Shown: positions 47,890 to 60,267 of the stretch, in pieces
How the letters are laid out: the number at the start of each line of letters is the position of its first letter
Position numbering within the stretch: position 1 is the first letter of the stretch
Source: Vicugna vicugna
Taxonomy: Eukaryota
Assembly: GCA_013265495.1 (NCBI GenBank)
Contig: MU059330.1
Location: 8,612,990 to 8,676,989 of the forward strand
Direction: 5' to 3'
Length of the DNA stretch: 64,000 bases
Made by a program: the position numbers and the translations under genes
The notes under the pieces: generated by a model
Databases searched by the model: none
Seen by the model: only the letters and a program-made list of their open reading frames with translations
Told to the model about the DNA's origin: nothing

Positions 47890-50800
47890 TACTGAAAAGT
47901 CATTCTGATGATTCGTTGAGTTAATGCAAACAAAGCACGTAGCAAACGGCCTGACCACATACAAAACGTTGAAGAAACAGGTCATTACTGTTGTTGCTTT
48001 TATTGTAAATGGAAAGACAATGTGAATAATATTTAAATGAGTGACACTTTATTGAAAACTCCCTGTGGCAACTGGGACATTATGCAGTTAAAAAGAAAGA
48101 AAATCCCACAGTATTTGAAGAGGGGCAGCGTGCTTTCAGACCAAGCGATTATCAGAACAGGTCTGTGTCCAGTGCAGAGAAACAATGCATGTTTGGGGGA
48201 TTGTTCCAGAGTCAACAAAACACAGGCAAGTTGTGATTAGCCTAGACTACAGAGGTGCCGACAGGAAGGGAACATTTAGATTTTCGATCGTTCCATTCTG
48301 TGGAACCCAGAGCCGCCTGTCCTGTCCTCTCCTCGTGCTGTGATGGAAGGACTCGCTCAGATCACACCTGTCAGCAGATAAGGCTGTCTGTCCATCGAAG
48401 GCAATGTTCTCATTATTTCTGTGTGTTATGTAAACAAACAGCGTGAGGAACTTTAATTTGCTCAAGAATTATGAAAAAGAGATTTTCTGTGGTCTGCAGT
48501 CAGAGTTGCAGAGTTGGGCACAGTGACCTTGGGATAATCAGAGAGAGGAAAAGGGTTTGAAGAGACATGCAGTTTCGAGTGTCTCAGTTGCTTCTAAGCT
48601 ATTTTCCTTTGGCCAAGAGAGATGATGTTGGGAAACCCTATGGGGCAAAAGCAACAAAAATCCAGCCTCTGAACTTCCCTTCAGAAAACGGGGACTGAGG
48701 TGATCATCACACCCCATGGGCTGCTTGGGAACATGACGAAAACCTGCTCATGAAAACATATTTTATGACTAGGATATAAGTTTCCACATCTGAGCTTTCA
48801 GTTTGACTTTTCACTGCCTCATCTTTTCAAGTTTTATAAAAATCAGGATTGGGAAAAGTTGTGAAATATACCAAAATTCACACAGTATGGGTCCTGGAAT
48901 TTTCTGGAAGTGTTCCCCTGCGGGAAAGGGGCTGCAAGTAAGAGGTGATACATGAACAAGTCAGGTCGGCTGGAACAACACCAGGCAAGTTGCATTCACA
49001 GCAGGACTCTGAAGCCATCTGCTAGGGTCTTCCTTGCACACATGCTCATAAGTACTCAAATAAACTAGCCTTGGACAAATTCTGGGGTCTGAAAAAAAGA
49101 AATCTTGGCAGAAGACAAAAGTAAATGCAAACATTTATTGTTTGTATAAAATGTTTATTGTGATTCTGTCCAAAGGAGAGCCACCAACAGAAGAACTGGA
49201 AGTCTAGACGTTTGAAAGCCCCCAGGACAGAGCCTGGGCCAGACCCAGATTGATGACCTGGAGCTGCACAAGCTTCAGGCACCAGAGCCCACTGCCAGGC
49301 ATGTCCAGACCTGGGGGTGCGATTTCCTTAAAAGGAGAGGGACGGGACCCACTCGGGCCACCTGCAAGAGGTCACCGTAGGGAGGTGGCTGACAGCCCGG
49401 GTCCTGTGCCTAAATGCAATGGGATACCACCTCTGAAGCGGCCTAGTTTGCATGTCTTCTCCCACTTTTCCTGTTTGTTGTTGGTTTTCCCTTGTCTCGT
49501 GTTCCCTTTGAACTAAGGCTGGGCTGTGAGTCCTGCTGCTCCAGCCAACGTGTGAGCGAGCAGCCCGCGACCCGGTCCCCCTGTGTCCAGTGTGGCTGGG
49601 GTGACGCAGAAGTCCCCCTGCTCTCTCCCCATGCGTAAAGGAGGCCTGCGGGTCCTGGGCCAGCCGCGGTGAGGAACGAGGGGACCCCCGGGTTGGGGAC
49701 AAGAGGAGGCAGGGCAGAGACTCTGAGAGCCTTGCCGTGAGGAGGGCTGGTCTGCAGGTAGGGGCGAGGAGGGAGAGAAGGGAGCCGGGGACATCAGCCT
49801 TGAAGCCCGGCTCAGCCTCAGTGAGAACACAGGCCAGAGAAACAAATGGTTCTCATCATCTTGGGGAGTCTCAGGACACATGGTTTTGGTGTGGTGTTGA
49901 GGGCTGGCACGAGCTGTGGAGAATGCCGTCTCCCCGCTTCTGTGTGGGACCAGAGCTCTCCGTCCCCTGAGCCCTGGGGTCTTGGGAACATGGACAGCAC
50001 CCTCGGCGACAGCGCTGGCTTTCTCCCACGGCTGGGTGGAGGGGTAGCCGCTCCAAGCAGAGGCGGGAGCAGGAGCGGCTGCTTTGAGGGAGGGCAGTGG
50101 ACCCTGGTGAGGAGAAGAGGGGGCCCTTCCTGGGGTGCGGCTGTGAGTGGGGCTCCCACCCGTGGATGCAGCCCAGGGGCTCCCGAAGCCCTGGGAGGCA
50201 GGTGGCAGCGGGCTGAGCACCCGGGGAGCACCTGAGGGGCAGGTGGGGGAGCCGGGAGCCCGCGGGGGTCCCTCAGCTGCCTGAGCACAGCCGCTCCAGC
50301 CCGCCTGTGCCCGTCGCTCTCTCGAAGTGAACCGGGTCAGAGCGCGTCCACGAGTAAACTAGGTGTGAACAGAAATGTGTGTCAGTAAACTGGGTGCACA
50401 GGAGAACAGGTCACGTCACTGTGTGCAGCTTGTAGCGTGAATGTGGGAGCTTTGTCCGCGACCAGGACGGTACAGTCACTGCACGTGCAGGGAGGGGTCC
50501 TGAAAACCCCCCGATGAGAGCCAGCCCCACGTGGGAAGTGGCTGGTGGGTGACGGCCAGCAGGACGGACCCCGTAAGGCATGTTAACGAGTTTAACAATT
50601 GTCCACACCGAGCTGCGTTCATTAAGAAACGTCCAAATTAAGTGCTTTCCTCTTTTCTTCTTCCCCTTCTCATTCATCCACGTTTTCTTGTCCTCACAAA
50701 ATGGGGGCCAACTGCCAAATCAGGTCAACTGACCGCATCCAAACGCCTCAGCCCTGGGGGCAGGGGACGGGCACCTACTTGGAGAAACACAGTCTAGCAA

Positions 50801-53119
50801 AAACCAGCCCTTTTACAGCCGGTGATCTAAATACAAATCTACTACTATTTCACAGGATACCTTCCTGAAAATTCAAATCTTTATCTAAAATTATGGAAAA
50901 CTGGAATTTGTGAAGCCGAAATGTCTCTTGGTTACTGGTTAGCAAACCCCTGAGCTGGGCGTTCTCAGAGGCTGTCGGGTGTGGAGGAGCCGTGTCCTCT
51001 GTGCACGACCCTGGGGACTTCGGAGGAGGAGGGTCCTCAGAGCTCTGCTGTGAAGGGGCCGTGGGGATCTGGGAGGAGGGGGATTCCTGAGAGAAGGGGC
51101 CATTCACCACTTACCCCAAAAGGCAGGGGTTGAGCAGACGAAGGGCAGTCGTTGACAATCGGTAGTTATACATTTTAGGCAAAGCAAAGGGTATCAGCCG
51201 GTGAAAAGAAGTGAGGATGCCCGTAGCGGGCGGCCGCGGTGAGGCTGGGGGTAAAGAGAGTTTGACAGGAACAGAGCATTTCTGTGGAGCGAGGTGAGAG
51301 GAAAAGGGAGATGTGGGAAGATCAGGGGAGCCCAGCACGGAGGCCCTGGGAAGAAGCAAAAACAACTCTTAAAACGAGGGGCCTTGGCTCCTTTTTAAGT
51401 TGTTCAGCAACTTCCTTTTTAAAATAAAGTTTATGTGAAACACAATCATACGGAACAATTAAGGGTGGAGCTGGTCTGGCTGTGGAAGAAACCTGCTTTT
51501 CCTGGACTCTTCCCCACGGCCGGGGCTGCTGGTACCAACCTGAGCCTCCAGCTCAAACTGCCTTGCCGGGAGGAATCCGCGCCCTGGGAGGCATCCCCGG
51601 GAGGTGATGGTCCTTTCCTGGACCTGCGGCTGTAAATGCGGCACAGCCGGGCGAGAAGGGTTTTGTGAATCTAGAGTGAGACAAAGAGGGAGAGATGATG
51701 GGTGTGTTGAGAGCAAGAAAGGGCCCCTGGGCAGGGTCCAGGCTTTTGTTAAGGATGGACCCTCTGGCAATCGGCAAATGTGAAATTGCCGGATCTGGAG
51801 ACAAGGATGTGGGAGGGGAGAGCTCTCAATGCTTAGAAAATAGCCCACTGGCCTGTTTATCTTACCCATTGCTGTGAACTTTACCACCTAGTCAGGCTAT
51901 TTTCTGAAAGCTTTTCAGAAAACAAGTTTCAACAGTGTAACAACATGAGACCTGCATAACAGCCAACCCTATTGTTGAGCTGCTTAAGAAGTGTTTTGGG
52001 CTTGAAAAGGTTATCTTTTGTGAGGCAATGAGATGTCCCCCAACCCAGGTGGAGATGCCCTTTGGATCTGTTGCTAGTACCCCCCGGGGTGGCAGCCCAC
52101 TCACCTTCCCGGCTTAATGTGGGTAATGGAAAGGAAAGGATTAGATGCTTGGAAACCATGGGGAGGAAGGGATTAGGGAAAATATCCAGGCATGTCTCAG
52201 TCTGACCTCCATCCCGCTGTAATTGGGCATCGCCATTGACAACATTCTGACATCCTAAAAAAAGCAAGTTCACACATGTAACTCACAAACGGACTCGTGA
52301 GAGAGAACATTGTCAACTTTTGCCTTAAGACAATCTTTACACCTGCTTCTTTACATTGGATTCTCCCTTTAATGATTATATACGTTTCGAAGAGGGAAAC
52401 TTTCTCTTGGAAAAGCTGATCTGCATGGCTCTTATGTCACCTGTACAGTATTGTGATCAGTGTTTACTAAGTGCCCTGTTTCCATGCTTCCTCCTCAGCA
52501 CACAGTCAAAGAGTGTCTCCAGGGAAATGAAATACACTTACAGAAAGAGCTGTGACATAAGAGTTTACCATCCAGAAACTTCTACCATAAATGCTTCTCA
52601 TCCCTTAAACTAAATACTGCGATAAAACAGAAGGTTGTGCAAATTAGACGTGAGGGGGAAGACAGCCTGTAGGGAGTAGGGGCAGAGGGAACCAGACTTG
52701 GCCTCTGCAGGGAGGGTGCGCTTTTGTGCTGGAGGCAACAGGAGTTGAGTCTCTGGCGGAGGGGGAGGACCTGGGACGTCAGGCCCATTCATGACGTGGG
52801 GCTGAGCAACCTGTGCTCACTGCTTAGGAGCCCACACCTGCGTCAGAGCTAGTTCTGAGCGATGGTAGGAAAAGAGCAGCCCGTGAGAATGAAGAGCCCT
52901 CAGCCTGTGTGATGTGCAAAAGTCTGGTATAGAAATAAATGTTGAAAGGTCACCCATAATCATAAAATCTGCTCCTCCCCACCCTAGCAGACTTCAAAGC
53001 AGACCTTGAAAAGGTCAGGACATTCTAAATAACATAGCTGATCGTCTAACAAGTCCCGGCATGCCATGCAGGAATGAAACAGGGCTCAGTGTTAAACGGC
53101 GCAAATCTGCCGTCTTCAG

Positions 53120-53810
53120 CAGCCATTGACCAAGTACCGAGCACGCGAAGAGGAAAACGCGGCATAAATATCTGTATGCCAAATTCACAGCCGCTTCGCT
53201 CATGGGAGCAAAACAGAGACAACAGCCCAATGTCCAGCGACTAGTGAAGGATAAACAGATTGTGGCATATCCATCAAATAGAACAGTAACGAGATGGAAT
53301 CAACCGCTGCCACACACCAGCCCGGAGGAGCCTCCAGAGCGTGACACTGGACGAAGCCGCCCATCCACACAGAAAGCGTTCCACGACCGGCGGGTCCACC
53401 GATGTGGCTAGGAAAGACAAAATCATCGCAACAGAAAATAAATTTTACTTGTATTGAAGTACAATATTTACAATATTTTACAATATTATATTAGTTTCAA
53501 GTGTACAGCAAAGTGATTCAGTATTTTTACAATTTATACTCCATTAAAGTTATTACAAAATAATGACTATAATTTCCTCTGCTGGGCAATACACCCTTGT
53601 TGTTTCAGAAAACAGATTTGAGGTTGCCCGGGGCTGGGGTGGGAAGGGGGCACATTCTCTACAAGGGGGCTGGAGGGAAGTTTTGGGGATGATAGAAATG
53701 ACTGTTATGGTTTTATTAATGTGTATGTTTGTTAACAATGATCAAAGTTTGCCCTGAAAATTTATTTGGTGTTATTCATAGATTTCAGTAATGCTAATGG
53801 AAAAAAAAAT
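53120..53810 (+). mobile_element. Ancient L1M (MC/ME-type) 3' fragment, interrupted at about 53440-53600 by a younger antisense L1 tail
   Basis: cccaatgtccagcgactagtgaaggataaacagattgtggcatatccat ... resumes at cagaaaacagatttgaggttgcccggggctgggg; the insert carries tattgaagtac...gtgtacagcaaagtgattcag. Confidence 0.78.
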
Positions 53811-54034
53811 AGTCTAGAACTGATAAAATATATTGTGGACCAGACAGGGACAAATGTAAAGTCTTACTATATAAATTCTCCACGACTGGGGGCAGAATGT
53901 GTCTCCCTAAAACAGATGCCACAGAAGGTTCTTGAGCACGTAAGAGAAGTTCCCTCCTTGAGACATACTCAGATACCACCATCCATTGATGAACATTTGG
54001 TTATTTCTAGTCTGGGGCTATTTCAAATCTTATA

Positions 54035-54530
54035 AAAAGATTTGAAAATAAGTATGTTTAAGATTCCTAAAAGATAAGAGAAGGTGTAGCATCTGTAAGG
54101 CAAGAACAAGGCATAATGCACAAAGAAAATGGAATTCAGAAAACCCACCAAAATTCTGAAAAAAAAAACAGCTTATATTATCTTGTTTAGATTTAATGCT
54201 GTTGATATAAATAGAAGGATTAGACACTTGGGAAAAAAGGAGGAAAAGATTAGGGGGAAAATATCCAAGCCATATCTCAGTGTCCTGGTATTCTATAAAT
54301 CAGTAAACAGTCATTGGAAAATACCTCAAAAGAAGAGTAGATGGTAAATTTGATATTACTGATGGGAAGACAGAAGACAGAACTGAAGAAATAAGGCAAA
54401 ATGAACCACAGCTACGAAATACAAAATAGAAGTTAAGAGTCATGACAAAGAGAAAGAGAAGTTTTAATATAAACCTAAGGCTGAAAATGAGACTAGAGAA
54501 ATGCAGTATGAAGCAGGGTTCAGAAACACT
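54035..54530 (+). mobile_element. Ancient L1M ORF1 fragments
   Basis: A-rich coiled-coil-like text: gagtagatggtaaatttgatattactgatggg...actgaagaaataaggcaaaatgaaccacag... Confidence 0.6.
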
Positions 54531-56599
54531 GTTGGGTACCAGATTATAATATCTCACTTAGATGTAATGCTGTTGGTAGAAATAAAAGGATTAGACAGTT
54601 GGGGAAAATAAAGAGGAAAGGTTTTAGTGAAAAATACCCAAGACGTATCTCAATGTCCCAGGATTCTATAAGTCAGTATACCAATGACAAGTTCTTGAAC
54701 AATAGTTTATCAAACAGAGCTTACTGTCTATAAAAGATGGGCGGTTCTCCACTGTAGGTTGGAGTTGTTCCTGGGAAATGGCTACACAGAGAAGGACTTC
54801 ATTTCTCTACCTGAGTGCCTTTAGGTGAATCAAACAAGCATTCTGAACGGTGCGCTGTGAGCAGTGGAAAAGGTGTCAGTCTCTCCCAGTCCCTGCTCAA
54901 GTGCTGACTGAAAGTGCCAAGTGAGTCCTTGGAAGTCATGTGTTGACTAAGGCATTGGCACTGCCACCAGGGACCCCCAGAAGACTCAGCAGGATTAGCT
55001 TGAAATTCATTCATATTGCTGATATACCAATAGTGTATTTCCCCTCCTACCACCCCTCCTGGCCCAATTAGCCTGGAAGGAATATGTGCATGAAACCAAA
55101 CTCTTACGGGTGTTTGGCTGTTGTGCAACTTAGACCTATTCGTTTAATCAGTTAGAGTTCCCTAAATGTTACCAAAACATCATTTAAAATATTTCTATTA
55201 TCCTATGCTTCCTCCATGAGGCATCGAAACCCTTTGATCTTTTAAAAAGATCATTGTAATATTTTTTCAAGACTATTGTTTGTTCAGTAAGTTCCCTGTT
55301 GAATTATCAGAGATAAATGATGTTAAAATGGCTCATTTGTGCAATGAACTTACACAAGGTATGTTTTTCCAGGTTTGCAAAAATAACTGAAGCATTTGCT
55401 AGAAAATAGATGTTATTTCTTAAAGAGACAGAGATTCTATGTTATGGTTTTGAACTGCTCAAGGTCACGGAGCCCATAAAAATTTCAGTACCTTTAATGT
55501 CAAGACTCTGTGAAAAATCACTGTTGGGTTCGTGGAAATTATGCATTGATGAGAAATAGGAAATAGAACTTTTCAGCATTCTATAAGAAGATAAGATATT
55601 TTAAGTTCTTTCAGGGAGAAAAACCTAAAGATTGAAGTCATGATTTGAGGTTTTAGAAACTTTAATTACCTACCGTTCCAGAGGCTAATAAATCTCCCCA
55701 CGTTTCCACTTGCTGCTGGCCGTGGGCACTTCACAGCATCTTGTATGTCTCGTTGCATTTCTCCAACTTGGACAAGACAGAAATGATTCTAAATCACAGA
55801 TTTGGGGGAGGAGAGGGTGCTGACACATACTAAAATAATGACAATGTTAAAACAATAATGACAATGTTTATGGCATTCATTCAGCAGAGTTACGTTCAAA
55901 TGTTGGATTAAACTGAACATGAACATATTGAGAAGTACATTTGGGAGAGGGTAATTTTGAAGCAAGATCTTTGGACTACCAGTCAGGGGTCCAGCTTTGT
56001 TCCTTGACCAATGACTGTGATGTGCCCATGTAAAATGGTACAGCTTCTCTGGGGAGCAACTGATCATTGTCTTATAAATTACATGCAGATTTTCCATATG
56101 ACCTAGCGACTGCACTCCTACAGAAGTGAATTTTATATTCACACAATTACCTGTGGGAGAATGTTACAGCACCTCTATTCAGAATGTTTCTACTCTCCTT
56201 AGCAAGTGGTCTTTTCCCTCCTGCAACTCCAAATGTTAGCTCTACTCCAGACAGGAAGCAGGTAAGAGGGGATGGGGAGCGCAGGGTGCTCCTGGGGCAC
56301 GGCAGCAATATGTTCCTAAGAACTGCTGGCAGATGGTTGCGCCATCCCATTCGGTTAAACCTCCAGGTGCAGGAGAGGTTGGAAAGTGTCCTTCCTTACC
56401 TGGTACAGGGCAATTTCAAACAAAGGAAAGCTTCCCTTGGGAAGGAGGGCAGACTGGTGACTCTTTGGATAAGAAGCACTACCTGCCATATAAACTCGTC
56501 ATCCAGAGACGACTGTCACCACTTAATGTCCATTCTATTGAGAATATGCAAATATTTGTATAAATACCATTCAACCCATTTTTCTTCCATTAACCTTTT

Positions 56600-56935
56600 A
56601 CATAAATACGTTCCGTGCAACACAGTGTTTGCTTCCTTGTCACGTCAAGTGGCTCCATCGTCCCCCACCAGGAATGTGCAGCCCCTGTTTGGGGGAAGTT
56701 AGGTGGTTTCCAAGTGTCATTAAAAACAAGGCTGTGATGACTATCTTGGTAAGTACGTCTTAGGACATTTCCTGTAAATGAAATTACTGGGTCCAAGCTA
56801 GGAATGTATTTGAGGCTTTTGATTTGATGACAAAACCGCCCTTTAGAAAATTTATCCCAATTTATATTCCTACCCTGTTTCCAAGCACCTTCACTGGTGC
56901 TAAGGGGGACCATCTTTTAAAAAATCTTTGGTGCC
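56600..56935 (-). mobile_element. L1ME-like fragment, antisense
   Basis: ttaggtggtttccaag...aaacaaggctgtgatgactatctt...gaaattactgggtc...ccaatttatattcctacc. Confidence 0.65.
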
Positions 56936-57842
56936 ATCCTCCTGGAATTGTGAGAGATGCTAAGAAGACGCAGAAAGTTACTTAGGAGAAGCTGGGCCCC
57001 ACCCATGTGAAATGCATAAACCGTCTCTACTGAAAGATTACAGGAACTGCTCATGGGGCCGTGGTGTGTTTTAGTTGGCAGTCTTGGGGTTGCCCGGTCC
57101 TTTCCGTGTTAGTGATGGAACATCAGTCCTTTGCCCCAAGGACCCCTTCCACTCCAGTGATTTTTGGAAGACCCTCAGTGGTGCCTAATGTATCCCCACA
57201 AATAATCCTGAACCTTCGCCCTCCTCTCTTGGCAGCACACTGTTGTTCCACAGCTCTGCCAGCACAGCTCCTGGAAGACCCCACTGCCCCGGGATCCTGG
57301 GAGCGAAGACTCGGGCAGGTCTCAGAGCTGCCGCAGCTCCGGGCTGCAGGCTGGGGGATGCAGAGGCCAGGAGGTGGGAGGGGCCTCCGCAGGAGGGTGT
57401 TTCACTTTGTGACTCTGGACACAGGTCAGCTGCTCAGCAGCTCAAGTGACCAAGTTCTGAGAGGTCAGCGATCTGGAACGTCCGAATCCCTCCCTGGTTG
57501 GGAGGCTTAAACCAGCTCCAGAGACCCCAAGAAGCAGGTGTCCTTCACCCCTCAAAGTTCTCTTCTTCCCAATTTTAGTCTCTCCTTCACCAAAATGTTC
57601 CTTTCCCCCTCCCATTTTCAAAATCAAACACCTTGAATAATGAGAATGAAATGAATGGATCCAGCTGAGGGACTGAGGGGGCATTAACTGCCACCCCCCC
57701 ACCGCTGAGCAAACTGCCCTCTCCTGTGTGCTGGCCCCGGGCTTGGTTGATTTTATGCTGCCGGGGTGGACGCCCCTGGTAACTCAGTGCCCTGAGCAAG
57801 GGTAAGATGGGGAGTGCAGCCAATGGTTAAATGATGGAATTG

Positions 57843-57939
57843 CTTCCTCTTTCACCTCTCCCCTCCCTCCCCATGCCTCCCCTCCCTCCTTCTCACCTTC
57901 CCTCTTTCCTTTTTGGTTTCCTTCTTTCTCCTTTCCCCT
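57843..57939. repeat. CT-rich polypyrimidine low-complexity tract
   Basis: About 95 nt almost entirely C/T. Confidence 0.85.
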
Positions 57940-57944
57940 AACTC

Positions 57945-58125
57945 CATAATTTTGGCAAATGTACTTAATATCTGTGAATCTTCATCTCCTTATCTAGAAG
58001 ATGAGGATAAAACTATATCGAGTCATAATGTCATTAGGAGGATTCCACGGGCTAATGTCTGTAAACCTGCAAGCACACTGTTTGACACCTAGAAAGGCTC
58101 AGCTATTAGAAATGATTATTTTTAG
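57945..58125 (+). mobile_element. MIR
   Basis: ttggcaaatgtacttaatatctgtgaatcttcatctccttatctagaagatgaggataa...cacctagaaaggctcagctatt. Confidence 0.75.
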
Positions 58126-59040
58126 CTGCTTTGCTACTAGAAAAAGTAATAAACTCGTGCTTTCCAGCTCCTCTTCCTTCCTGGCTCATTCATCACGTGT
58201 CTTACATGTTCTCATGGTGGATCTTAAAATATTCCCCTCCTAAGGTCCCGGTGTCCTCCAAATCCCAGCGGGAAGTCCCCACTTCTGCCCCTTCATCTCC
58301 CTGTCCCAGCCTTGCTACATCCCTCCGCCCCATCCCTCCCTCCTGCAGGGCATGTGGGGGGAGTCTGTGTTCCTTTGGGCTGTTTCAGCGTATTAGCCCA
58401 GAGTTAGGGGCCCAAAGGCAAATGTGGACCATGGCAGATAAAAGGGTTAGAGACAAGAAGGGGCAGAATCAACGCTGAGGATTCACTCCTCTACAGGGCC
58501 TGCTGCTCTTTGGTTTCTGTAGGCTGTCAGCTTGCTGGAAACACACCAGTGATACCAACAGCTGCTGTCTCACGAGGTTTATTTGCCAAAAAGCTGGGAA
58601 TCCTGATTTTTAAGTGGTAACTAATCTAAAGGTCTATAGAAAAAAACAAGTCACTCAAGGAAAATTGAATATCTCTACATATCTGCATGGCTGAGATGAC
58701 CAGGGACCACCGGTTTTTCATCTCTGGCCTATAGTTGGATCCACTTACCTGTCTTGTAATCTGATGTCTTTTGGAAGATGTAGGAAATTAAGTGCTGTAA
58801 GTGTTTGAAGGCTGAGATGTTTCCGCTGACGCAGCAACCTCTTCTCAAGGCACAGCGGCGGCTCAGGAAGTCTGACGATGCTGTGCTCTGTTGGTTCCCT
58901 TCGATTCCTGAATTCAGGAGTGTGTGAGGGTGATTTTCCTTGGAGTCATCTAATCACTTATTTGGCTCTCACTAGAACAAATGCTACACAGATGAAATGA
59001 AAAGTCATCACCTTAAAGCTCTGTCATATCTAAAATTTAC

Positions 59041-59612
59041 TTTAATTTTTTAATTGAAGTATAGTCAGTTTACAATGTGTTAATTTCTGGTGTACAGCAT
59101 AGTGACTCAGTTACACATATATATGTGTATGTGTATATATATATAATATATATATTCCTTTTCATATTATTTTTCATTGTAGGCTATTACAAGGTACTGA
59201 ATGTAGTTCCCTGTGCTATACAGTAGGACTTTGTGGTTTATCTATTTTATGTACAGTAGTGTGTGTCTGCAAATGTCAAGCTCCCAGTTGATACTTCCCC
59301 CCACCAGCTTTCTCCCCTGGTAACCACAAGTTTGTTCTCTATGTCTGCATCTGTCTCTGTTTTGTAAAAGTTCATTTGTGTTATTTTTTTGCTCCACACG
59401 TAAGTGATATCATATGGTATTTTTCTTTTTCTATCTGACTTACTTCATTTAGTATGACAATTTCCAGATCCATCTATGTTGCTGCAATGGCATTATTCCA
59501 TTGTTTTCTATGGCTGAGTAGTGTTCCATTGTATAAATATACCACAGATTCTTTATCCAGCCATCTATCAATGGACATTTAGGTTGCTTATATGTCTTGG
59601 CTATTGTAAATA
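59041..59612 (-). mobile_element. Young camelid-type L1 3' end, antisense
   Basis: Reverse complement is closely similar to 1400-1990 and 61950-62240. Confidence 0.92.
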
Positions 59613-59713
59613 GAAAACACTGTTCTTTTTTTAATTATAGGAAATTCAAAATATCTTCACAATGGGTTTGACTTAGCATTATATTTAATAGTTTGCATTG
59701 TTTAGAATTAAAA

Positions 59714-60211
59714 TACGGTAGGCAGTATAGTGACTCCCATGTCCCTGAGATGTGCACACCCTAATCCCCAAAGCCTGTCAATAGGTTATGTTATATGGCA
59801 AAGGGGAACTAAGGTTGCAGGTGGAATTAAAGTTTGTTTATCAGCTGACCTTGACGTGAGGAGACTCTCCCTATCGGCCCTGTGTAATCACGAGAGTGGG
59901 ATAGGGAGGCAGAAAGGTCAGAGATGGAGGGCTGTGATGTCACACAGACAAGATCAGCTGTTGCTGGGTTTGCAGATGGAGGAAGGGGCCTGTTGCCAGG
60001 GAATGTAGGCAGCCTCGAAAGCTGGAAAAGGCAGGTAACCAGATTCTTCCCCAGAGCCCCCACAATGGAACATAGCCTTACAGACAGCTTGATTTTAGTC
60101 CCTGAAGCTCATTTTGGACTACGGTCAAAAATCAAGAACTGAAGATAATAAATTTGGGTTAAGACACTAAGTTTTTGGTTACTTGTCACAGCAGCAACAG
60201 AAACCCAATAG
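59714..60211 (+). mobile_element. MaLR solo LTR, MLT1D-like
   Basis: tacggtaggcag...tggcaaaggggaactaaggttgcaggtggaattaa...agctggaaaaggcagg...cagcagcaacagaaacccaata; about 500 bp. Confidence 0.85.
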
Positions 60212-60267
60212 ACCCGATTTTCCTCCCATTTTGTTCTTTATCTGATATTTGAAGTTTCTGATCCTTT

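Noticed and set aside
49513-50288. Overlapping 235-, 156- and 129-aa ORFs
   Set aside because: Pro/Ala/Gly/Arg-rich translations on both strands are typical of GC-rich non-coding DNA with few stop codons.
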